Of a DNA stretch of 64,000 nt, positions 47,583-64,000 are shown piece after piece. The stretch lies in NCBI RefSeq assembly GCF_964355755.1, contig NC_092677.1:24849175-24913174 (forward strand). The letters run 5' to 3'. The notes beneath the pieces were generated by a model. It worked only from the letters and a program-made list of their open reading frames with translations. It had not been told where the DNA came from and did not search any database. This DNA is from Antedon mediterranea (Eukaryota; Animalia; Echinodermata). The position numbers and the translations under genes were made by a program. Position 1 is the stretch's first letter. Every line of letters begins with the position of its first letter.

Positions 47583-50500
47583 TTACGGTAGAACAACTAT
47601 CTTTTTACTAAGTGTCTGTTTAGGGAATAAGTACTCTCTCATAAATAAGTCCATCTCATTTAGAGCCAACTCAGCATGTAATTTCACAACATCATCATTT
47701 TCGGTCGCTAAAATGTGCTTCAAAGAACGATACAAATCTAGCAGACTTGATTCAAGTACTGACATGGCCTCTTCACCAAGTCCTCTAAGCATTAGCGTAA
47801 CTACGTTCACACACGCCCTCTTTACGATAATCTCGGAGTCGGTTTTTAAGATTGACACTAAGCAGTTCATGACCTGAAAGAGTTTTAAAAAGTAAAGAAA
47901 TAAAACAAAAATAATAAATGAAATATAAATTTCGAATTACTATATAACTTTAAAATAAAATGTAATAACAAAAAAGATCGACGTTTCGGAACCATCATGG
48001 AACCAATCTCAAGAACAATGATAGAAAATACAAATTATTGAATTTCTTTGTATCTATAGAAACAATAAAAACAATAGCAATACTTTTGAGAATAATTTAA
48101 ATAATTTTATTTTTTTTTAAATCTTGTGTCTGTTTTGTCCTATAAAACGTATTACCACCTCTCAAGAGGACAACGATTTTCACTTTTGGCAATCCTTATT
48201 CCCTAAAAAAATTTATTTTTAAATAAATAAAATTTACCTCATAAATTACCGAGCCTAAAGAAAACCTGAGAAGTTTGCAGACTTCTCCAAGGTTGGTTAG
48301 ACTACTGGCACGGAGATCAGAATCAGGGTGTTTGGTGACCGTCAGTATGCAATTTAGGAGATCTTGTCTGTAGTGCGGTACCAACTCACCTACAACAACA
48401 AAAATCAAAAATATTACATAGTATTTAAGAATACTGAGTAATGATAGGCTTACTACAGTATTGTAATTGTTCATGGTAATTGAAAAGGTAACACAATAAA
48501 AATGATTTCACATTTACTTTCATCATTATTGCTGGGAGTGAACCCCATGGACAACAGGCCACGAATACCCCTTTCAGATCCTGCCTATGACCCTGTATCC
48601 CCTATAAAAGAACTCAAATCAATTCTACAATTTTTCATGCAAAGTTTCTGACTTTTATTTAATGGCATTTGGTAGGTTAACTGGATCGTAAACAAATATT
48701 TCTTACCCAAGTTTCTTGTGGCCTTTACAAGTGATTCCCCAATCTTCATTCTTATTTCTGCATCACAGCCAGCTTGTCTAGAATTTGCATATTCTTCACA
48801 TAAGGCTGGTATAACTTGATCTGGATACACATCAGCCATTGCTTCAAGACCTCGTATGGCAGCCAAATAAATATAGGAATCATCATCAGTAAGCTTCTCT
48901 TTGAAGATCACAAATAAAGTGTCTTTCTTCTGCATGGCTTTTGGATCTTTGGCATGAAGTAACTTAGAAAGAGCTATTAAAGCATGACCTCTTACTGGTA
49001 GCAGAGGGTCAAAGAGATCTTTATATGCTTCATCAAATGACTCGCTGACAATTTCTTCATCAGGTTCCTCCTTTGTTTTCCTCGTCTTAGTGGTACCATC
49101 AGATACTGGAAGATGTTTTAACTCAGTTGAACGAAGTGAGTCTTTGCTGCTGTGTGAGAGCTTCTTCGGTTTTTGTCCAAGAACCGTTTCATTTGGCATT
49201 TCTTTTCTGACCTGCTCTTTACTCTCAACTACTGCATCATTTTCACCAGAACACGACTTAGGAGAATGTTTATCTTGGAGGCTTAACAAATCTTTTGCCT
49301 GTTTTGCCAATTCTGATTTCATTCTGGGACGGACATCCTTTGGTGCATCAACCTTTAAAGCACCATGTGTGCCTATGCTGATTAGTAAATTCAATGCCAT
49401 CTCTTTCAAATATTCATTACCATAATTGTCTGCAATTACAGTGAGCAGGGGAAGAAGTGAAGACAGCATCTTCTTTAAATCTTTCTCAACCTATCAAAGC
49501 AAAATTTATTATTTATATAGTAATTAAAAATGAACAGTGGGCTATGTAGTAGACTTTAAATTACACATATCACATGTACTGTATCTATAATTTAGTGTGC
49601 ATGCATTCACCTATCTAGAGCTGTAACTGTAAGATCATGATTTAACTGCAATATACTTTACTTTGTATAAAATCGAAAATGAATGGGTTTGAATTATTGT
49701 AGGTACAGCACCACAGGTTTAATAACCTTTATGGTCCTATTCTCATCTCTGCAAACATTTACCAGGCAATATACTTACAACAGTGTTCTATTGTAATATA
49801 CAGTAATACTTTAACCAATTTTTACCTGCTTGATATCAGCTACAATGAGGCCAAGCAATCCTAAAGCCATACTCAGGGTCTCATCCTCAAACATTGCAGA
49901 GTTTTCCTGACTCCTTGTGCGCTCCATACCTTTACACACACGCTGTAATGTAGCCTCAATGAAAGCTATCATCTGTTTTTTATTCTCCAAGACATCTGGT
50001 CCCATTTCATCACAAATTTTAGCGACCAGATTCAAAACCACTAGAGCGTGTTGAATATTGTGAAGCTTATCTGATTGGTCAATTTCAAATTGTAATAAGA
50101 CTTCGGAAACGGGAGGCTTTTCGCTGGTATGCACAGCGTCATCTTCTGTATTGCTACTCATAATATTAGTTAATTCCTGATACATATAAAAAGAAATACT
50201 GATTAAATGTATCGCATATATTTTTACTATACACATTCACCAGCAAGTAACTTGCCAAATTATACAGGATGGATAAACTACTGTATTTCACACTATTTTG
50301 ATTTAAAGGTAAAAATACTTACATTTAAAACTGCAATAAAAAAGTCTCCCATTAACTTGTTCATTTTTGATTTTCCAAAAATTTCAAATAATACGGTTGC
50401 GGCTACATCCTGGTCACCAACAACATCTATAGAAGCTGTTTCAGAAGATCTACAGTAGGAAAAATATAACAAATGGTTAAACCATTTTGTGCAGTGTGCA

Positions 50501-53500
50501 AAAACCTTTTTCCTTAGTACTGTATTTACTTTAAATTAACTAAGGTCTAGTATTATACGCAAAAGGCTACTAAAACTAATTGCAATGACAGTTTCCATTC
50601 TAGTGGCTATTTCAATAACTGGAGTAGTCAGTGAAGCTATCACAACATCTAGAACAACAATAAAAAAAACCTAGCTATCAACCATAATAGATAATACATC
50701 ATAAAGAAAAATATTGGTCGGACGTCTTAATTACAACCTTTGACACCGTTTATTGTCAGGGCTCGTCGGCTGTAAATAGCCTGACACAGGATTTAGCCCA
50801 GACAGGCATGACAACTGCTAATTTCAGACACACAAAACAGTTCTAGACCTTTAACAACCCAAAGACAGGGCAGGTGCTAGAAGTTTGTGTGGATCCTAAC
50901 CTAAGCCTAACATTTTACCTTTTTCAGTTCTTGATGTCATGCACAAATTCTTCTAAATTCTTCTATTAATTCTTCTAAAAATTTTATTTAACAATTCTAC
51001 TTTTCTAGGGTATATCCTCTCGATATTCTATGCTTTACATTTTCTTGACTTATTTTTTACGTAGTACTGTAAAAAGTGCTCATACTCTTCCAGGCAAAAT
51101 ACAGTAAGCAGCTAAATGGATCTTGTCGGAGAATACAAAACGTGCTTTAAAGTTGGCAACAAAACTGTCCTCAACACAGTTCAATAATATGTCCTATAAT
51201 TAGAGAAAAGCTTGCAACATACCCATTATCCTCAGAAACTGCAACAATAGCACCTCCAGCTGACCCTGGCAGAAAATTGAGATGCGGAGACATGACATCC
51301 AAATGAGAGTTATGTTGGAGAAGTGTTAGATGCTGAAGGACTTGGATAGAAATTGAGGTATCGGTCATCTTGAAATACTGATGGATTAGGTCTTCTACTG
51401 GTGATCTGAGAATCATAAATTTTAACTTAATTGGAGACTTATTACCGTAAATGTTGAGAGTGAACAATGGAAATCTGTGCATACTTACAAACCAATCAGT
51501 GTTGTGTTGTTAAATCATAGAGTACAGTAATAATCTCTAAGAGAAACTTAACAGTTCTTTTCAGAACTAATATACATGGTGTACCGCAAACTTTATATCA
51601 ATCTCTATGGTTACAATGGTTACATACACCAGACCAAATTAAGAAAATCTCACTCTCTACAAAAGATTATTATAAATACATCTTTTCATGGCAATTTTTT
51701 TTTTTAAAGTTTTTAAAAGATTAACATTTCTTTACCTTAGATGAGATATTCCATTATTCAAAAATATGCAAAGTTTAAAGAGAGGATGTATGATTGGTTG
51801 GATTGACTGAAGAAGGTCATGTGATGCTTCTGATCCACCAATCACGTACACTCTATGAAGACTATCAATGCATGATGACAGTGAATTTTCAAGTACTACA
51901 ATGCTTCCTGGACTTGACAGAGTGTTTATGTCTGTGTAAAAAAAATAAGACAAATATGAGCACATCTATCTTCCTACAAACTTACTATAAAGCTCTGTTT
52001 ACACTATCAAAATTTATATGACAAAAAAATGTGATGTGCCAATATATAGATATGATGATGTCATATCACTACCATATTTGGGTATATCACCACCATATTT
52101 GAGCACATCACACTTTTTTTGTCAAACTAGTTTGATAGTGTAGACAGAGCTTAAGAACTAGAGAGTCAATCCAACACATCAAGACATTTATCCAAGAAAA
52201 GACATCAATCAGATATGCCAGTTTGAATTGACACCAACTAGTCACGTACACCATTAAGGGTCTTTCACACATGTTCCGGCACAGTTCCGATCCGGTGCCG
52301 CCAAATCAAATCGAACGTCAATGTTGTTTCATTTTTACGATGCATGACAAGGCTATGTTCCAATCAATATGAGCATAGAAACAAAACATTGACATTCGAT
52401 TTGATTTTCTAGCACCGTGACGGAATAAGTGTGAAAGACCCTTTACACATGCTGGAAGCGTGTTGAGAGAGAAAACTTTCAACCTACACAATGAGAAGTA
52501 AGTTCATACCTTTGTGAACACATTTTAGTAAAGGCTCTTGTAACGGATGAATGAGCAATTCTAAGGCCAGTTGATAGTGCCTTGTAATGACATTATTGAT
52601 GAAGGAACAAGCTATTCTGAGGAACTTCTTCATCGTAAGAACATCTTTGCATGCGACTAAATCAAGAACCTGATAGACGCACAGAGAATATAATATTAGG
52701 GATACTAAGAATTAGAGGCCTGTTTCTTCTGGGTTTTTTTTTATTGGTCAAGATTTATGGACCCTCTTCTAATTTTTGTATAACATCAAATCCGATAACC
52801 CAAGCCAATTAGATTCAAGGATCGTTATTAATGTATACTGTAACTGGAAAGTTGACTGTCTTTGGCAATAGATAATTATTCATACATAGATACATTTTTT
52901 TAATGGAAAAGGCAAAATTTTAAGTGATTTTTTGTGAACTTAAAACAACAAATAAGACAAACCTGTGGGCATATGCTTTGATAGTAGACATCTAGTGGTA
53001 TATGTTTAGGACAATTTACCAGAAGTTTGCCAATCATCTCACATTGTTTCCAGTTACCATCACCTAAAAAGAAAAAGTAAAATAAATGATTTTGTATTAT
53101 GCACTTTGTCAATTGTATGACCCACTATACAACCCCCGGGAGAGGTGCGTCATTTGTCCCATGTGGATCATACCTTATGAATACCATGACGCACCCATGC
53201 GTCAATAATGTGACTTACCTTTAAGTTACCATGACGCACCCATTTTGACGCACTGTGACCATGTTTTTTATGATATTTTGGGTGGTAAGGTGACGGACAT
53301 TGACACACCATTGGTCATTGATTTGATTTGACGTACCATCTAGGTTTTTTTACGCACTCATGTGTCGGTAATTATTTGTAAATGACGCACCCATGACGCA
53401 CCTACCCCGGGGGTCATATAGTTGGTCATACAATTGACAAGTGCATTACATCCAAATACAAAACGATAATACTAATTAATAGTCTAAACATATTTGATCT

Positions 53501-54975
53501 TTAGTTATTCATACTGTACCTCCTGTGCAATGGAGTATACCACTGAGAACATTGTAAACACCATCAGGTTTCATCAATCTCTCTGAGAGCAGCTTTCCAC
53601 ATGCTTTACGGAGCCAAGCAGGAGCTGGTGACAGAGGGCTCTTTTGTTTTGTTCCACTAGTCTTTAATGGACCACCTTGAAGAAGAAGTAGTTCACGAAT
53701 CACCATTGGTTGATAGAGTTTGTTTAGAAGAGCGTCCAACTCTTTCCTCCAAATATGCCGATCATCTGTCAGATTGTCTGTTATTGCTAAGGAACTTTCT
53801 GCCAGTTGACCTTCTGAAGTTCCTGAAGAACTAGCCAATCGGTCTTCTGATACAACTGAAGAACCTGCCAAAGGATCATCTGGTGTCCTTTTTGCACCAG
53901 GTACAGGAATTTGTTTGCGAAATGGCTTAAAACTCAATTGTAACAAAGCAGCTAGGAAATCATTTAAGAACTTAGAAAGAATAACACTTCCTAAAGTTGT
54001 CACTTTTGTACACTCCAGCAAAATGTTCAACACTTTGACAAGATTCTGTTTCTTGTTCATATCTGAAAATGTTCTTGTCTCTGTCAAAAACTCACTAAAT
54101 TCTGATCGCATTGATAGTGGAATACCAACACCGGCATCAAGGTTTGGAGAGATTCCGAGACAAACAATGAATTGGGTTAAAGTGGTGACAATTTTTTGAT
54201 CACTGATACTAAGTGCATCTGGTGCGAGTGGTGGGGCATAATCATGTGGTCGTTTCTTTATAAAAGCTTCATTTTCTTTTTGTTTTTTCTTCTCTTGTTT
54301 GATATTTAACAGCAATGATCGTTTTAGACAAAGTAATAGTTGTGAACAGGTTTCAAGGAAGAGGGAGACATATTCTGATGATTTTTCAAATTGTTCATAT
54401 TTTGGTAAAGATTGGTGTAATTCAGAAAACCTGTCTTCATGAATTTTACTGTGTAATTCTTTTAGATTTATCTGGAAAAGACTTGACAATCCATATTCAG
54501 TGACAGCTGCAAAAAAAACATTATCCAAAATTATATTTATTATATAAATATAATTTATAAATAAAACATATGATTAATATAACGTTTGTTAAGGCTATGC
54601 CTACAATTCAGAACGCTGTTAGTGTCAGAGAGTAAAGTTTAGGCCTCTAGCTCTAGACTGGCCACTGCACTACGCGGTGTACTGACGATCGGGACCACGG
54701 ACGATTGTGCCCAGGCGACGATCGGGCCCAAAGCGTGAGACTACGCGCTAGTCATCCCGTCTACCAAACCTAGCTAGGCTGGGCTAGTAGGCCTACTGTA
54801 AACTACCTAGGCCGATACGAAGAAGGCTGGCTTGTATATATTTAATTCTATACTTAATAATTCTAATATAATAATAATGCAAGGTTATCTCACTAATATT
54901 TTCTGGTTTTTGCTGGATAGGTGAAACGAGAATTGTTATTGCATGAAGCACGTCGCGACTACTGTATGCCGCCAT
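47583..54975 (-). CDS. TANGO6: Transport and Golgi organization protein 6 homolog (RTP1/TMCO7 family), 11 coding exons
   Basis: Exons inferred with GT-AG and consistent phase: 54975-54894, 54506-53520, 53063-52963, 52669-52510, 51931-51736, 51405-51223, 50449-50323, 50176-49826, 49490-48707, 48389-48238, 47873-47583. Family motifs: GISPNLDAGVGIPL, APAWLRKACGKLLSERL, DPLLPVRGHAL, DDDSYIYLAAIRGL, RASSLTNLGEVC. Confidence 0.92.
51992..52152. mobile_element. Intronic MITE, AGCTCTGTCTACACTATCAAAC family
   Basis: agctctgtttacactatcaaa...tttgatagtgtagacagagct with TAA flanks; same family as the copy at 14200. Confidence 0.75.
52257..52443. mobile_element. Intronic PIF/Harbinger-like MITE
   Basis: TIRs agggtctttcacac..ttccg / cggaataagtgtgaaagaccct with TTA flanks. 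Confidence 0.7.
53100..53445. mobile_element. Intronic MITE with ~40-bp TIRs
   Basis: tgcactttgtcaattgtatgacccactata..cccccggg pairs with ccccgggggtcatatagttggtcatacaattgacaagtgca; internal tgacgcaccc repeats. Confidence 0.7.
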
Positions 54976-56405
54976 GTTATTAAATTGAAAATATATAGCG
55001 CGCCACCTATCGAAATAGTTGATGAAGGGAATTCCCCTTTTATCATCCACGTTCTTGTTGTAGAGAATACCATGTGTTTTTTTTAAATACCACATTTTAA
55101 CTATTAATAACCGACACAAAAATGATACAAATCAAAATTTATATTGCTAGAAGATTAAACTTCTTTATTCATACAATTTATTGAAAAGAAAACAAATCAC
55201 TGTGATTTTTACAATAAAACCAATTTTGTATATATTGGTTTGTCTTAACAGAAAAAAAACAATAGAATCTTAATTTTTAATTATTCTTATTATTATTATA
55301 ATATACCATTCAAAATTTAAAATAAGTAATTTGTTTATAGAGATTGTTCCAAAACATCATTCTATTTATAGACATCCCAGAACAAGGCATTTCTAATACA
55401 GAATTATTTTCATCAATTGGCATGTTCGATTGGAGACTATTGTTTTTCTGTTGCCATAGTATTTGATAAACAAATTATTTTTGAAATCAAATTTTCGTTT
55501 TTAGTGTGAAGGTAAAAATATTTTGGGAAGGAGATGATTTTTTTCAATTTTAAACAAATTATTGTTTACCATTTTGAATAAAAAAAATGAATAACAGATT
55601 TTCAGTTGAACACAAAGGTTTCCCAATCGAATATGCCAATTTTACGAAAATGATTATATGTTTTAAATATATATTTTCTTATCTGTCACAGACAGATGTA
55701 TAAGGGCCATTATAATCAAATAATGCAACTGCATATAAAATAATAACCAATACAAGTCTTAAAAACACAGCAAATGTGACAAAATTAAAATAAAGAACTT
55801 ATGTTATATTTCTTTGGTGTGCTCTTATACTAAATTTCAAATTTGAAATCTATTTCTGTCCTGTTAAGACGTACAACGTATTATTTTGGAATCATAAACG
55901 TGACAATTTTGACATTAACCTAAAACCAACATACAGAATGATCTGAACATTAAATGTTGAATTTATTTGAACACTCACACACGACTATATTGTTATAATA
56001 GTAATCTAATAATTAACATTTGTTAAGATTTATAAACTGGTTTTATAATAAATTATTAATATATTTTAACATTAATGTACATTAAGTTGATTAAGTCTAA
56101 TTTGGTCACGTCTTTTCTAGCACAAATTCATTTCAATAGCACTAGGTCAAAGGGTAAGGGTCGGATGAAGGGTCAATTATATAGCAACAAAATGCCAGGA
56201 AAGAATACAGAAAACACAGGATGGCCAATTTCAATACATTGAAATAAATAAAATAATACAACTGAAATGTCATAATATTTGAGTTCTTTCATCAGCTAAG
56301 CATGTTTTGAGTAGACGATGAATATACTGAAAGTCAATAGGTTGTCATGGTTGGTGCAATGGTATAGTAGGTGTCTGTAGTGTAAGCACACACATTTTAA
56401 TGTAT

Positions 56406-61891
<5,486 letters not shown>

Positions 61892-64000
61892 CTATAAAAC
61901 GAGACACAGTGATCAAATTATTTGGCGCGTTGTACAGTAAGAAAGATTAATCCAGTCATATTGGATTTTATTAATTTGTCGTTTACGTGCTACAGTTAAA
62001 TTCGCACTGCAATCAAACAACGCTACGGTTCATTTATTTGGCCTACAGTTAAAATAGTAAACCTTTAGTACAGTTTATTAATATTTTTAGATATTAACTC
62101 TACTGTAAACAATTATCCTCTTTGGTAGACATCCTAAATAAAAAGTGACCAGTATATAATAATTCACTCATTTTTGTTGTTTTATGTAACCTAGGTGATC
62201 TTTTCTGTTGCGTCACAGGGCTTAGCAACAAACCGTGAAACAATTCATAGTTTTTCATTCATTCCAATGCGTTCCAAATTATGTATTATTTTTTTATTTT
62301 TCATCGGCATATCCCATAGATGTTGTATCTATTTGTTGTTTGTATAATTTCATGATCACACCATAATATGATGAGTATAAGCTACTGATGTGAATGACAA
62401 CAGTAGCAATGACATCAGTAGCACATACTAATACACAGGTGTAGTGCCAATATATTATTATTAGTGGTATAAAACAAACATTAAGTATAAAACACATTAA
62501 CCATATAACAAACACTAAACATAGGCAATACTTGCACACAATGATAAGTTCAGTAAAGGCAACAAAAACGCCTTAACGCACAGGATATATTCAAATGTTA
62601 ACAACCATTAAAAAGGAAACAATGGAACAGACGTAAGGCAGTTATTACAGTGTAGTACTTTAAAACAGACACTGTACATTGAGAATTACTAATAATTTCT
62701 TAAAGAATGGCTACCATCTTGAAAAATCTCAAGGTTATAAATAAAATAATATGACTAAATATTAACTATGCATTGCAAGTTATCGCTTGACACTATAAAA
62801 GTTTAGGACAAAAAAAATATTTTCTCATTACATCGCAAACCAGCAAATTGTACAAATAAACCGCAATGTCATTTATGATGGATAGTTTATCTACCGGTAT
62901 ATAAACTAACCGATGATGCCTTGAAATGTAAAGCAGATTTCTGTTTTATATTAATTTGGGTTAAAAGGTTAAATTTTGTCTATAAAAACCTGCACACGGT
63001 AAATCCAATATGTGAATTAATTTAGTTCGTAATCTTGAAATCCGTTCGTGGAAATTTAGTAATACAATTCTGTGAGACTAGGATAATATTTCATACTCTG
63101 GGTATTATCAGGGTACCTAAAAACATATAATTATACATTCATATTCATAGAGATAATTACTGTATATACTAAATTATAATAAATTAATTCATAAGGAAAA
63201 CCGGGAACATTATAATATCTAACACCTTTTTTTTTTTAGCAGAACAGCAATTTATTATTAGTCCGTCAACGGTTATTTTTATTTCAATATGACATGAATA
63301 CAGAAAAAGTTTACATAACTGTAAATAGACAACACAGCAGCTAGAATCATATTGAGGATCTATACTAGAAGAATAAATTATTCTTGTCACGTATAAAATA
63401 AGACCTTTTTCAAACTAAAATAAAATAATACTAAGGACTGGAGACCGATAAAGTAAATGAGACAATAAATTAAATATCAAATAAATGAAAAAAATAATAA
63501 TAATCAATAATAATAAAAGAAACAGCAGTACGACATCAAAAAATTATTCATTATATAAAGAAATTAAGTATGTTTTAGCATTGGCCCGAAACACAATTAA
63601 TAGATTTTAGTGACTTAAGGTTGTCATTAAGTCCATTCCATATTCGTAGACACTTATTCTTGTATTGTAGGAAGTAAAAGAAGCGAATTTAAAGTTAGAA
63701 CATAATATTCTGGGTTTAAAGGTTACATTGTGTTGACATTATCAGTGCCAGTAGAACAATACATAAAGGTTATCAGACTGTAAACACTATCTGTCTGTTT
63801 ACACTTTGGTCCCGGTATCAATATTTCGGTTTATACTTATAGCAATACAGCTTGTGCAATGTTACTATTCAGAGTAAACAGAGTTATCATGAAGGCCCTA
63901 AAAAGGACAGGTTAGGAAGGGAGTAGTTTGGTGATATTGAAATAGGGACACATGAGAAGGCAACACATTTAGCAACGAAAGCTGCACTGTCAAATCTTAA

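Noticed and set aside
62000-64000. ORFs 62294-62539 and 63184-63390 as GPT exons or separate genes
   Set aside because: Low-complexity AT-rich translations with no aminotransferase similarity; most likely GPT intron.

Overview
This is AT-rich animal (invertebrate) genomic DNA with spliceosomal introns, not prokaryotic. The right end holds two ordinary intron-containing housekeeping genes on the minus strand: TANGO6 (11 exons, 47583-54975) and the 3' part of an alanine aminotransferase (GPT/GPT2, 56406 to beyond 61891). From about 7.8 to 46.7 kb lies a head-to-tail, minus-strand array of 13 intronless paralogs encoding an uncharacterised class I SAM-dependent methyltransferase-like protein (motifs YQAAY-x3-YF, VCSIGGGPGTD, IIDKY, YDIN, KFVSAV, LIYGDN). 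Ten copies have open ORFs and three are disabled (nonsense codon, 5' deletion, transposon inserted in the SAM-binding motif); at least four smaller relics are also present. The array shows recent segmental duplications (one captured the TANGO6 3' end), mosaic paralogs, N-terminal repeat expansions behind an NES-like motif, and an embedded 44-bp satellite. LINE, SINE, MITE and Helentron-like debris fills the spacers. All calls come from reading the sequence by eye; no database search was run.
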